NCBI GenBank assembly: GCA_963827685.1
Contig: CAWHBU010000004.1
Coordinates: 544,001-608,000 of the forward strand
From: an uncultured delta proteobacterium
GTDB lineage: Bacteria > Desulfobacterota > BSN033 > UBA1163
Reading direction: 5' to 3'
Length of the DNA stretch: 64,000 nt
This document shows, piece after piece, positions 37,557 through 47,944 of this stretch. Below the pieces are notes generated by a model. The model was not told the DNA's origin and did no database searches. It worked only from the letters and a program-made list of their open reading frames with translations. Position 1 is the stretch's first letter. Each line of letters begins with the position of its first letter. The position numbers and the translations under genes were made by a program.

Positions 37557-38310
37557 GATGTGTAAGGAGCGCAAAGAGCGAGCCGGTCCTTATCGCCTGT
37601 CTATCGAAGCCATCTCCACCTTTTATGGGGAGGCACAGGCATTGAAGGATGTATCAATCGCCGTGTATCCAAAGGAGGTGGTCACTATATTGGGGAGTAA
37701 TGGCGCTGGGAAAACGACCCTTCTTAAGACACTCATCGGTCTATTGTCTCCACGATTTGGGAAAATATTCTTTGAAGAGATATCCATTGAAAGCAGGCCT
37801 TCCCATGAGATTATCACAAAGGGTATTGCAAGCGTTCCCGAGGGAAGGGAGCTTTTTGGCTCGTTGAGTGTGATGGATAATTTGCTCCTTGGGACCTACT
37901 CGCTCCCCGAAAAAAAAAGAAAGCAAATACTTGTTAGTCGGCTGGAAATGATATTTACCCTTTTCCCAATACTTAAAGAAAGGCTGAAACAGAAGGCGGA
38001 AACGCTATCGGGGGGACAACAACAAATGCTCGCCGTTGGGAGGGCATTAATGGCAATGCCCACACTTCTTGCCCTTGATGAACCTTCGCTCGGACTCTCT
38101 CCGATTCTCGTTACAGAGATGATGAGAGTATTAAGAGAAATCTGCGATCAATGGGAGGTTTCACTCCTTCTGGTAGAACAAAATGCCCGTGCAGCGTTAA
38201 AGATCGCCGATTATGTCTATGTTTTGGAGAGGGGAGAAGTGGTGCTCCAGGGTGCTTGCAAAGAAGTGATCGATAGCCCAACCATCCAATCCGCTTACCT
38301 GGGTGGCTGA
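37531..38310 (+). CDS. livF: Liv-type ABC transporter ATPase
   Basis: GSNGAGKTT, PEGR, LSGGQQQM, DEPSLGLSP, VEQN; start uncertain. Confidence 0.9.
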   Translation: MMHSTPGPEMCKERKERAGPYRLSIEAISTFYGEAQALKDVSIAVYPKEVVTILGSNGAGKTTLLKTLIGLLSPRFGKIFFEEISIESRPSHEIITKGIASVPEGRELFGSLSVMDNLLLGTYSLPEKKRKQILVSRLEMIFTLFPILKERLKQKAETLSGGQQQMLAVGRALMAMPTLLALDEPSLGLSPILVTEMMRVLREICDQWEVSLLLVEQNARAALKIADYVYVLERGEVVLQGACKEVIDSPTIQSAYLGG

Positions 38311-38335
38311 GAAAAATGAAAAGGAGGATAAAGAG

Positions 38336-39529
38336 ATGAAGCGAATCATTTTAGTTTGTATCACGGTATGTTTTGTTCTGGGATTATTATTGACTGGTCA
38401 AAGCCACGCTCAAAAACCTTCGCCCTATGTGATCGGTGTCATCCTGGATATGACCGGCCGCCAATCGAACTTGGGTGTAGGATGCAAGAGGGGACTGGAT
38501 ATTGCAGTTGACGAGATCAATTCAGCAGGCGGTGTCAATGGGAGACAGCTTGAGGTGGTGCTTCTTGATGGAGAAAGTGATCCCGCAAAAGCAGTCATGC
38601 ACACGAAAAGACTCATAGAAGTTGATCGCGTATCAGTGCTTGCAGGTTATTCGGCAACTTCATCGACGATGGCCTCCATGCAGACCGCAGAAGCAGGAAC
38701 CACACCCCTTATCGCTGCTTGCCCTATTGTTGCCGCCGGACCGGCGGTAAAGAAGTGGATCTTTACTGTGGTGCCGCGGCAGAAGGAGGCATCGCTCCCC
38801 ATGTTACTGGAAAATTTAGTACAGCGAGGTGTAAAAAAGATTGCCTACATTTATATCGATAATGTCTATGGTCAAACAGGGCTGAAAGTATTGGAAGAAG
38901 CGGCAAAGGAGATGAACGTAAAGCTCGTACTTGTCGAAAAATATGCAGTAGGAAGTACTGACTTAGGCCCGCAGATTACCCATATCAAGACAGCAGGGGC
39001 CGATGGATTCATCATTACCGGAAACGTCCCTGATACGACGTTGGCAATCAAAAATGCGAGAGACCTTGGTTTTACTGGCCCCATTTTCAGTGATTATGCT
39101 ATCGTGAGCCCTGAATTTGTCGAGCTTGCAGGAAAATATGGAGAAGGGATCGTCAGCACCTCGTTGAAGACACTTGTTGCTCCAGACCTTCCCGCTAATG
39201 ATGTTCAAAAAAAGGTTTGCATGGACCTCTATACGAAGTACACGAAGCAGTATGGTGCTTTCAGCCTCTATGCGGGTCATACATGGGATCAGATTCATAT
39301 GATCGCTGATGTATTGAAAAAGGTGGACCCGAAGCTGAATCCTTCAAATCCCGCTGATATCGCGAAGATACGAGAGCAATTTCGGAACAATTACGAAAAG
39401 ATCAAAGCGTTTGTCGGGCAGAATGGTGTTTTTACAATCACGGCCGACAACCATAACGGCCTCCCGCTGAAATGCTACGTGCCTGTAGTGATTGAGAATG
39501 GTAAGTGGAAACTTTATAAAGGGAAATAG
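38336..39529 (+). CDS. Liv-type ABC substrate-binding protein
   Basis: signal peptide; AVDEINSAGGVNGR. Confidence 0.9.
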   Translation: MKRIILVCITVCFVLGLLLTGQSHAQKPSPYVIGVILDMTGRQSNLGVGCKRGLDIAVDEINSAGGVNGRQLEVVLLDGESDPAKAVMHTKRLIEVDRVSVLAGYSATSSTMASMQTAEAGTTPLIAACPIVAAGPAVKKWIFTVVPRQKEASLPMLLENLVQRGVKKIAYIYIDNVYGQTGLKVLEEAAKEMNVKLVLVEKYAVGSTDLGPQITHIKTAGADGFIITGNVPDTTLAIKNARDLGFTGPIFSDYAIVSPEFVELAGKYGEGIVSTSLKTLVAPDLPANDVQKKVCMDLYTKYTKQYGAFSLYAGHTWDQIHMIADVLKKVDPKLNPSNPADIAKIREQFRNNYEKIKAFVGQNGVFTITADNHNGLPLKCYVPVVIENGKWKLYKGK

Positions 39530-39631
39530 AGAGAACCAAGGGTTCCAGGGGTCGAGGATTGCAGGGTAAAAGTGAATTTCCCTCGGCCCCTTGAACCCTT
39601 TGAACCCAATCTTCTCTCAGAGGTGAGACCA

Positions 39632-40942
39632 ATGGACAAGACGGAAGAGATGCTTGAATTATGGTGTTCTGCGCAGGGAGCAAATTTTATCAATGAAGAT
39701 GCTGAAGAGGCATACAAAAAGAGAGCGCGCAGAGTCGCAGATGTGGTCCAACTCAAAGTGCCTGACAGAGTTCCCATCGTGCCGAGTTTTGGTATGTTCC
39801 CCGCCCTTGACAATGGGTTGACATGCGAAGAGGTCATGTTTGACTATGATAAAGCCCATCAGGCATGGATGAAGACACTTATTGACTTTGAGCCAGATCT
39901 CTATCGGGCCTCAAGCTATCCTTTTTCTGGGCATGTTTTTGAAGCTCTGGACTACAAACTGCTTAGATTGCCTGGCCGTGGGGTCCCTTCCAATCACGTT
40001 TTTCAGTTTGTTGAAGAAGAATATGTAAAAGCAGAGGAATTTTACGACGCATTCATCGATGACCCTGCCGATTTTTTGCTGAGGGTTTATTTACCGCGTG
40101 TATGTGGAGCCCTTGGACCTTTAAAAATGCTTCCATCATTCAATTCATGGTTTGGATACTACTTGGGGATTGTTGGTAATGTTTCTTTTTTTGGCATTCC
40201 TGAAATCGCCAGCGCATTAGAGGCTTTGCAGAAAGCAGGGGCCGAAGCACTAAAATGGCTTACCCATGTCCGTGAGGAAACTCAAGAAATGATGTCAATG
40301 GGCTTCCCGGATATCCTGGGCGGCCACTCTGCTGCCCCTTTTGATGTCATCGGAGATTGGTTTAGGGGGACACGCGGCATCATGCTGGACATGTATCGAC
40401 ATCCCGATAAACTGTTAAAGGCAATGGAAAGATTGGTGCCGATCCAAATTAGGATGGGAGCGACCCTTTCCAAAAGAATGGGAAAACCAGTTGTGATGCT
40501 GATGCTTCACAAGGGTCTTGATTCATTTATGTCCAATGAGCAGTACAAAACCTTTTACTGGCCAACTCTGAGAAAGGTCATGATGGGATTGATCGATGAA
40601 GGCCTCGTCCCTTTACCCTTGTTTGAAGGCAACAATACTTCACGCCTGGAGATTATTAAAGATATACCCAAAGGAAAGGCGATCTACTGGTTCGAAGAAG
40701 TTGATATTTACAAGGCCAAAGAGATCCTGGGTGATACGGTATGCTTCAGAGGAAATGTCCCGGGCTCGTTATTGTATGCAGGCACCCCCCGACAGGTAAA
40801 GGATTATGTTAAAAAGCTCATCGATGTTGTGGGTAAGGGCGGAGGTTTGATGGTTGATTGTGGAATTTGGTTTGACGAGGCAAAACACGAAAATGTGAAG
40901 GCCATGGTAGATTTTACCAAGGAGTACGGCGTCTATAGATAA
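39632..40942 (+). CDS. UroD/MtaA-CmuA superfamily protein (putative substrate:corrinoid methyltransferase)
   Basis: PDRVP, APFD...RG...MLDMYRHPD, FMS.EQY..FYWP, GNVP, GTP, GGG; in an operon with a corrinoid protein. Confidence 0.85.
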   Translation: MDKTEEMLELWCSAQGANFINEDAEEAYKKRARRVADVVQLKVPDRVPIVPSFGMFPALDNGLTCEEVMFDYDKAHQAWMKTLIDFEPDLYRASSYPFSGHVFEALDYKLLRLPGRGVPSNHVFQFVEEEYVKAEEFYDAFIDDPADFLLRVYLPRVCGALGPLKMLPSFNSWFGYYLGIVGNVSFFGIPEIASALEALQKAGAEALKWLTHVREETQEMMSMGFPDILGGHSAAPFDVIGDWFRGTRGIMLDMYRHPDKLLKAMERLVPIQIRMGATLSKRMGKPVVMLMLHKGLDSFMSNEQYKTFYWPTLRKVMMGLIDEGLVPLPLFEGNNTSRLEIIKDIPKGKAIYWFEEVDIYKAKEILGDTVCFRGNVPGSLLYAGTPRQVKDYVKKLIDVVGKGGGLMVDCGIWFDEAKHENVKAMVDFTKEYGVYR

Positions 40943-41202
40943 GCATGGGACAAGTTAAATGTGATTAAGGTTTGAACACCTGATCTAGCTGAGCCTATAA
41001 GTGGAAAAATGCTGGCTTTACGCTATTGATTTTGAAGCCGTAGTCTTAAGTAATACCGGAGTCGAGGCGTTAATTCAGCTAAATTTCTTACCGTTCAAGG
41101 TTCAACCTTAGAAATTTAGGAAATGTTGCAGAACGCTCAAGGGACTGACTAAATCTTTGGGAGATAAGCGCTTGAACTCCTGATCTTTGCAGTCCTTGAA
41201 CC

Positions 41203-42189
41203 CTATTTCATTCCTACTTTCGCTTTCTCTTTTAAAATCGGAATTACATTTTGAAAATCGTCCACAATCCCATAATCGGCCACTCCAAAGATGGGAGCTC
41301 GGGGATCTTTATTGATGGCGATGATTGTTTCAGAACCCTGCATCGCTGTCACATGCTGGAAAGCGCCGCTGATGCCAATGGCAATGTAGACCTTCGGCTT
41401 CACCGTTTTTCCAGAGATTCCAACCTGGCGCTCTTTGGGTAGCCAGTTTCGATCCACCACCGGACGTGAACAGGCCATCACCCCACCTAAACTTTTTGCC
41501 ACTTCCTCTATCATTGGAATATGTTCCGGTCCTCCGATCCCTTGGCCCACAGAGACGATGATCTCGGCTTGAGTGATATCTTCTCCCGTGATAGGGGCTT
41601 CAATATATTCTATAAATTTTTTTACATCGATCGTCCCTTGGAGGGAAGAGGACTCCATGATAATCCCAGACTTTTTATCACCAGGTACCGCGGGTACCGC
41701 GGGGCTGAAAACACCCGGCCGAACAGTGGCTACATAGCCTTTGGATTCCCTCAGAGATACTTTGGCATTTACCTTTCCTCCATAGATGGATCGAACGGCT
41801 TTCAAACGGCTCCCTTCAAACGAGAGGCCGATACAATCCGTGACCAGAGGGGACCCCATTTCCACGGAAAGGCTCGGCCCCAGGTCCATTCCAAAAGCTG
41901 TGTGACCTATCAGGGTAAGGAGGGGCTGATATTTTGCGATGAGAGAGGAGAGGACCTTTTGATAGAGAATGGAGTTAAAATGTTCGAGTTGCGCATCTTC
42001 TACGACCAAAACCTTCGATGTCCTTAAAGCCAACTCCTCAGCGAAAGTTTTGACATGATGACCCAATAGTACTGCGGTTGAAGAAGTTCCTTGCTGGGAG
42101 GCCAACTTCTCTCCAGCTCCTAACATCTCGTATGTGATATCCCGCATCTTACCTTGTCGATGCTCAACTAATACGAAAACTTCGCCCAT
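41203..42189 (-). CDS. etfA: electron transfer flavoprotein alpha
   Basis: SRPVVD, QVGISGKTVKP, GISGAFQH, AINKD..APIF; likely ATG 42189. Confidence 0.95.
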   Translation of the reverse strand: MGEVFVLVEHRQGKMRDITYEMLGAGEKLASQQGTSSTAVLLGHHVKTFAEELALRTSKVLVVEDAQLEHFNSILYQKVLSSLIAKYQPLLTLIGHTAFGMDLGPSLSVEMGSPLVTDCIGLSFEGSRLKAVRSIYGGKVNAKVSLRESKGYVATVRPGVFSPAVPAVPGDKKSGIIMESSSLQGTIDVKKFIEYIEAPITGEDITQAEIIVSVGQGIGGPEHIPMIEEVAKSLGGVMACSRPVVDRNWLPKERQVGISGKTVKPKVYIAIGISGAFQHVTAMQGSETIIAINKDPRAPIFGVADYGIVDDFQNVIPILKEKAKVGMK

Positions 42190-42215
42190 GCTATTAACTC
42201 CTCTTGTAAAGGTTT

Positions 42216-42308
42216 CCCCTCTCCCTCGATGGGAGAGGGTTGGGGTGAGGGTGAAATATGAGATACAATCCCCCTCCCCTTCATCCCCTCCCACCAGGGG
42301 AGGGGGGT
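42216..42308. repeat. CCCCTCTCCC...GGGAGAGGG palindromic repeats
   Basis: paired hairpins; similar copies at 22431-22482 and 43134-43288. Confidence 0.6.
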
Positions 42309-42344
42309 ATAGGGTGTAATTGCTTTTAAAAGGTAAGGCTGATT

Positions 42345-43112
42345 TCAGCCTTTTTTCTTCTTCAAGATTTCAGTCAATTGCGTTACGACCTCTTCAGGAT
42401 TGCCTTTTAATATTTCTGCTGTCTTTCCAACGGGTGGGAAGAATACTTGATCGATTTTTGTATCGACGGATTCGCCGGAGGCGATGCCTATCTCCTCCAT
42501 TCCGACCTCCTTGATTTCTTTATCTTCAGCCTCTAAGATAGCAGCCAGGGAAACATATTTCGGCTCATTGATGCCTGTCTGAATGGTTAAGACAGCAGGC
42601 AGTTTAAGTTCCATAACTTCATCGATTCCACCCTCCAATTCTCTTCGGACCTTTGCCTTGTCGCCTGTCATTTCGATATGAGTCACAATGGTGGCGTGAG
42701 GAAGACCCAACATCTGCGCCAGTTCAACCCCAACCTGCCCGCCATTGTCATCCTCTGCCTGAACACCTGTTAAGATGAGATCAAAAGGCTGATTTCTAAT
42801 TGCCTGAGCGAGAATCCTGGCAATCAGATGGCCGTCTTGAGCATTAGGTTTCTCAATCCTCAATGCTTTATCTGCGCCCATGGCCAAGCATCTTGTCAAT
42901 ACCTCTTTGGACTCTTCGGGCCCGACCGTGATGACAGTCACCTCCCCCCCGTATTTCTCTTTTAAAAGGGCTGCCTCTCTGACCGCATAACCGTCCCAAT
43001 CGTTGAGGGTGAAGACCAGATGATCTTTCTTAATGTCTGTACCATCCTTCTCGATAAAAATATCCGCCTCTGCAGTCTTTGGAATCCTTTTAATACACAC
43101 CGCGATGTTCAT
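42345..43112 (-). CDS. etfB: electron transfer flavoprotein beta
   Basis: IAVCIK..P, LAMGAD, DLILTG.QA.D..GQVG, INEPKY. Confidence 0.95.
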   Translation of the reverse strand: MNIAVCIKRIPKTAEADIFIEKDGTDIKKDHLVFTLNDWDGYAVREAALLKEKYGGEVTVITVGPEESKEVLTRCLAMGADKALRIEKPNAQDGHLIARILAQAIRNQPFDLILTGVQAEDDNGGQVGVELAQMLGLPHATIVTHIEMTGDKAKVRRELEGGIDEVMELKLPAVLTIQTGINEPKYVSLAAILEAEDKEIKEVGMEEIGIASGESVDTKIDQVFFPPVGKTAEILKGNPEEVVTQLTEILKKKKG

Positions 43113-43300
43113 TGAAGTCCTCCACAGCATAACTCTCCCCTCCCTTGGTGGGAGGGGATTCACCCTGTTAGATAGAATGTTTTCTGAACAACAGGGCCGA
43201 ATAAAGAACCTTATCTAACAGGGTAAAGGGGAGGGGGCCAAGAGTAACTCACCCTCACCGTCGCCCTCTCCCGTCGAGGGAGAGGGGAAAGACAAATTCA

Positions 43301-44434
43301 TCAGACTTCCAGCGCATCAGCGACCAGCTCCGTAATGTCTTTTACCGCGATCTGATCTGCTAAGCTTGAGGTTTTTACCGCATCTTCGAGGGTTAGAAGG
43401 CAGAAAGGACAAGCTGTAGCCATCACCTTTGCGCCCAAAGCAACGGCCTCCTTCACTCGAATCTCCCCATTTCGAGTCCCCTCTGTTCCTCCTTCAGCCC
43501 ACATTCTACCCCCTCCTCCTTCACAGCATAGACTCCTTTGCTTCGATCTTTCCATCTCGGCGAATTTCAATCCGGGGATAGAAGTCAAAATTTTTCTCGG
43601 TTCGTCGAAGACGAGATTCTGTTTTCCGAGAAAGCAGGGATCCTGATAGGTGACAGGGATGTCCAACGCTTTAGACATTTTTAGCTTCCCCGTCTCGATC
43701 AGATCTGCAATGACCTGCGTATAGTGTTGGACAGGGATGGCGAGGTCCGGATATTCATTTTTGAAAGCGTTGAAGCAATGCGGTGAGATGGTGATGATTC
43801 TTTTAATTCCAGACTTTTTAAAGAGGTTCGTATTGTCCTTGGACAGTTTTTTGAAAAGGGCCTGCTCGCCCATCCTTTTGATCTCGTTTCCGCAACAGGA
43901 TTCCTTCTTCCCGAGTATCCCAAAGTCGAGGTCTGCTTTTTGAAAGATCTTCACGAGGGCCGTTGAGACATTCTGAACCCTTGGATCATAAGAAGGAGCA
44001 CAGCCCACATAGAGCAGTGTCTCCGTGGTTGCCTCTTCAAGAATCTTTACTCCAAGATCTTTTGCCCAATCTGCCCTCCGATCACGGAATCGTCCCCATG
44101 GATTTCCCTGCAGAAGGGTATTTTCAAGGGCATCCCTGATGGTTGAGGGGACCTCGCCTTGATTGGCAAGAAAATTTCGTATCCCCATGATCAGCTCAAC
44201 GTTTTTTACTCCGGCAGGACAGCGAAGGCTGCAAGTGCTGCAGGTGGTGCAGGCCCATAATTCAGGCCTTTTAAATAACGGAGAAGGGTTAGCCGTGAAG
44301 CTTGTCTCCCTGACCAACCTTCTCATATTTAAAGGGGATCTGAATTTAATCGGGCATCCACCCGTGCACATTCCGCACTGGATGCATAATGTGAGATGAT
44401 AGTCCTGGACAAAAGTCTTAGGGTCTATTTTCAT
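43301..44434 (-). CDS. HdrD/BamD-like Fe-S oxidoreductase (2x[4Fe-4S] plus two CCG domains)
   Basis: CIQCGMCTGGCP, CTTCSTCSLRCP, ESCCG, DPCFLG, LCCEGGG, ACPFC. Confidence 0.88.
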   Translation of the reverse strand: MKIDPKTFVQDYHLTLCIQCGMCTGGCPIKFRSPLNMRRLVRETSFTANPSPLFKRPELWACTTCSTCSLRCPAGVKNVELIMGIRNFLANQGEVPSTIRDALENTLLQGNPWGRFRDRRADWAKDLGVKILEEATTETLLYVGCAPSYDPRVQNVSTALVKIFQKADLDFGILGKKESCCGNEIKRMGEQALFKKLSKDNTNLFKKSGIKRIITISPHCFNAFKNEYPDLAIPVQHYTQVIADLIETGKLKMSKALDIPVTYQDPCFLGKQNLVFDEPRKILTSIPGLKFAEMERSKQRSLCCEGGGGRMWAEGGTEGTRNGEIRVKEAVALGAKVMATACPFCLLTLEDAVKTSSLADQIAVKDITELVADALEV

Positions 44435-44520
44435 TTAGTATCGTTTTGGAACCTTATTCTGAAATTTGAAATTTTTTTTCTCTTTCCTTATTCCGCAATC
44501 CGCACTCCACAATCCGCAAT

Positions 44521-46470
44521 CTAGGTCACAACGCCTTCCACCTCTGCCAAGACCTGATGTTGGGTGAAATGGTTCTGTCTGGCTGCCTTATTAGGACAGA
44601 TTGCCGTGCAGGCGCCGCAGCCCTTACATAGAGCTTCGTTGACCGATGAGATCCCTTTGATATCAAGAAAATCGATTGCCGAATAAGGACAGATCTCGAT
44701 ACATAATTTGCAACCCGCACAGAGTGCGGGGTCGATCACGGCTGTGGTGGGTTCGACTTCGATCTGTCCTTTGGTCCCCAGAGCGGCTGCCTCGGCTGCC
44801 GCTGCAGAGGCGTGGGCCACTGTATCAGGAATATCCTTAGGTGCCTGACAGCATCCTGCCAAGAAAATTCCATCTACATTCGTACTCACGGGTTTCAGTT
44901 TAGGATGGGCCTCCATAAAGAAACCATCCGCACTCCGGCTGATTCCAAATACCTGTGCAAGCTTTTCGGCATCACGGCGTGCAGTTAAACCGGTTCCCAG
45001 GACGACCATATCTACGGGTATCTCCAAAGGAGTTCCGAGAAGGGTATCTTCTGCGGCGACGACGAGACGGCCATCCCGTTTAAAAATCTCAGAACCTTTT
45101 CCGCGAATAAAGTAGATTCCCTCTTCACGGACCCTCTTATAGAATTCCTGATACCCTTTTCCAAAGGCGTTGATGTCGATATAGAATTCATAAACCTCAG
45201 CACGGGTCTTTTCTTTTGCAAGATGGGCTTGTTTCATCGAAGCCATACAGCAGACCCTGGAGCAATAGAGGTTGGTATTTTCGTCACGGCTTCCGATGCA
45301 GTGGAGAAAGGCAATTCCCTTTGGGACCGTTCCTTCCTTGATCAACACTTCTCCGCTGGTCGGTCCGGAAGGGCTTGCGAGCCTTTCAAACTGGAGGTTG
45401 GTGATGACATTTTCATAAACGCCATACCCGTACTGGGGAAGGAGATGGGGGTCGAATAAATCGTACCCGGTGGCGATGATGATGGACCCCACTTCTTTCT
45501 CGATCATTTCCTCTTTCTGATCGAAATGAATGGCTTCTGCCTTGCAGGCTTCCACACAAGTCTTTTTACATTTCCCTTTGCTTAATAAGAGACAACTCTC
45601 TTTATCCACCACTGCCTTCAAAGGAACGGCTTGCGGGAATGCGATATAGATGGCTCTTCGCCTGCTCATCCCCTCTTCAAACTCTGAGGGCACCCCTTTT
45701 TTCAAAACGCAGGCCTCTGTGCAATCCCCACAGCCGGTGCACCGACTAAAATCCACGTAGGTGGGATGTCTTTTGATGGTCACGGTAAAGTTCCCGACAT
45801 AACCTTTCACCTCTTCCACTTCGGAACAGACGAGGAGTTCAATATTTTTATTTCGAGCCACCTCAACGGTTTTAGGTGTGAAGATGCAAGAGGCGCAGTC
45901 CAGGGTAGGGAAGGTCTTATCCAGTTGGGCCATGTGGCCTCCGATATAGGGGGCCTTTTCAACCAGATAGACTTTTATTCCTTCATTAGCAATGGTTAAG
46001 GCTGCCTGAATTCCAGCGATTCCGGCTCCAACGACTAAAACGGAAGGTTTGATCTCCACCTTTCTTGGGGTGAGCCCTTCTTGACGGAGAACCCTTGCCA
46101 CAGCTGCCCGAAGAAGTTGCTTGGCCTTCTCTGTAGCTTCTTCCTTATCTCTATGAACCCAGGAGCACTGTTCACGGATATTGGCAATATTGAGATAATA
46201 AGGATTGAGCCCTTCTGAGGAGATGGCATTTCGAAAGGTCATCTCATGCATTCGGGGAGAGCAGGCAGCGACCACCACCCGATCGATAGAGAGTTCGCGG
46301 ATATCCTTTTTGATCAAATCCTGTCCGGGGTCGGAGCAGAGATAACGGTAGTCCCGGGCTGCCTTCACTCCGGGAAGGGTGCCGGCGAAACTGGAAAGCT
46401 CATGACAATCCACTGTGGCAGCGATATTGGTACCACAGTGACAGATGTAGACACCAATCTGTTTCTTCAT
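44521..46470 (-). CDS. hdrA: heterodisulfide reductase subunit A-like flavoprotein
   Basis: GVYICHCGTNIA, AACSP, NIREQCSW, GAGIAG, KTFPTLDCASCI, YCSRVCC, EAHPKL, C-terminal ferredoxin. Confidence 0.93.
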   Translation of the reverse strand: MKKQIGVYICHCGTNIAATVDCHELSSFAGTLPGVKAARDYRYLCSDPGQDLIKKDIRELSIDRVVVAACSPRMHEMTFRNAISSEGLNPYYLNIANIREQCSWVHRDKEEATEKAKQLLRAAVARVLRQEGLTPRKVEIKPSVLVVGAGIAGIQAALTIANEGIKVYLVEKAPYIGGHMAQLDKTFPTLDCASCIFTPKTVEVARNKNIELLVCSEVEEVKGYVGNFTVTIKRHPTYVDFSRCTGCGDCTEACVLKKGVPSEFEEGMSRRRAIYIAFPQAVPLKAVVDKESCLLLSKGKCKKTCVEACKAEAIHFDQKEEMIEKEVGSIIIATGYDLFDPHLLPQYGYGVYENVITNLQFERLASPSGPTSGEVLIKEGTVPKGIAFLHCIGSRDENTNLYCSRVCCMASMKQAHLAKEKTRAEVYEFYIDINAFGKGYQEFYKRVREEGIYFIRGKGSEIFKRDGRLVVAAEDTLLGTPLEIPVDMVVLGTGLTARRDAEKLAQVFGISRSADGFFMEAHPKLKPVSTNVDGIFLAGCCQAPKDIPDTVAHASAAAAEAAALGTKGQIEVEPTTAVIDPALCAGCKLCIEICPYSAIDFLDIKGISSVNEALCKGCGACTAICPNKAARQNHFTQHQVLAEVEGVVT

Positions 46471-46644
46471 CAAACTAAATTCCAGTGAACAAATTCCAAA
46501 TTACAAATAATTTCCAATTTCCCAATGTCCGAATACCCAAACTGAATACCTCGAAAACCGGTTCTCGGTTTGATATTTTGGTCATATCACGGAGACGGAA
46601 CACGCCTGCCTGCCGGTAGGCAGGGACACGAGTCACGCTATTTT

Positions 46645-47793
46645 CTACGTCATGCCGAGGAGACGACGGCCAATGGCCATCTTCTGGATTTCTTTTGTTC
46701 CCTCATAGATCTCAAGGAGCTTGGCTGCACGGTAGAAACGTTCGATGGGGTAATCATCCAAGTATCCATATCCACCATGGAGCTGAAGTGCCTCATCCAC
46801 CACCCTGACGGCAACCTGGCAAGCCCACCATTTTGCCATGGCTGACAGTTGGGAATCGATATTTCCCCGGTCGAGATTCCAACAAGCCTTATAGGTTATG
46901 GACCTGGCCGTTTCGATGAGCGTTGCCATCTCAGCAATCTTAAATTGAGTCACCTGAAAAGAGGCGATCGTCTTCCCAAATTGTTTTCTCTTTTTTACAT
47001 AATCAATCGCTTGTTCCATTGCACCCTGGGCAAGGCCGACTCCATCACCCGCTATCATCACCCTTGAATAGTCGAGAAACTTCATCAATTGGATGAACCC
47101 ATTGCCTTCACCGCCCACCAAGTTTTCCTTCGGGACCCTTACATTATTGAAATAGACATTCGCCGTATCGGATGCATGAAGCCCCATTTTTCCATGAATT
47201 CTATCCGCCTTGTATCCAGGTCGATCCGTCTCCACCAGAAGAATGCTGTGTCGGCTTGATTTTGAGGTTTCTTCAGGATGGGTTAAACAGTAGACCAGAA
47301 GAAATTTGGCTTCCGTGCCATTGCTGATCATAACCTTATTGCCATTGATCACATACTCATCCCCCACTCTCTCCGCTCGAGCCGTTGCAGAGGCTGCATC
47401 GCTTCCAGCCTCAGGCTCAGTGATGGCAAAACCCATGACCCAGTCCCCTTTGACTAAGGGGGAAAGGTACTTCTTCTTCTGATCCTCAGAGCCATAGAGT
47501 AACAGTTCTTGGGCACCAAATGTCGTCTGAGAAAACACTTGGCCAAGCCCGGGTTCGGCCCTCCAGAATTCCTCCAGGATGATGCTGTGTTCAAGAGAAC
47601 CCAGGCCAAGGCCGCCATACTCTTTCTTGATATAGACACCGACGAAACCCAGCTGAGCTGCTTTCTTGATGAGATCTCTTGGAAACTCTCTTTTGGCCTC
47701 ACACTCTTTACCAATGGGTGCCAGTTCACCTTCAGCGAATTCTCGGGCAGCTAAACGGATCTGCTTTTGCCGGTTGGTCAGTTCGAAATCCAT
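46645..47793 (-). CDS. acyl-CoA dehydrogenase
   Basis: AITEPEAGSD, R.QFG, LQLHGGYGY, EIYEGT.EIQ. Confidence 0.95.
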   Translation of the reverse strand: MDFELTNRQKQIRLAAREFAEGELAPIGKECEAKREFPRDLIKKAAQLGFVGVYIKKEYGGLGLGSLEHSIILEEFWRAEPGLGQVFSQTTFGAQELLLYGSEDQKKKYLSPLVKGDWVMGFAITEPEAGSDAASATARAERVGDEYVINGNKVMISNGTEAKFLLVYCLTHPEETSKSSRHSILLVETDRPGYKADRIHGKMGLHASDTANVYFNNVRVPKENLVGGEGNGFIQLMKFLDYSRVMIAGDGVGLAQGAMEQAIDYVKKRKQFGKTIASFQVTQFKIAEMATLIETARSITYKACWNLDRGNIDSQLSAMAKWWACQVAVRVVDEALQLHGGYGYLDDYPIERFYRAAKLLEIYEGTKEIQKMAIGRRLLGMT

Positions 47794-47944
47794 AGTGACT
47801 CCAATTACCCAAAGTGAAGTTGTTTGTATGTGAAAATTTTAATACAAAAATTATAATACAAATTCAGAATTAGCGGAAGACAAGGAATGAACTTTGATTG
47901 GGAGATGCAATGGGTTGTACTCGTTTTATTCCATGGAAAAGGGG

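Noticed and set aside
44521-46470. selenocysteine in HdrA
   Set aside because: ORF is open with Cys (DCASCI); no in-frame TGA
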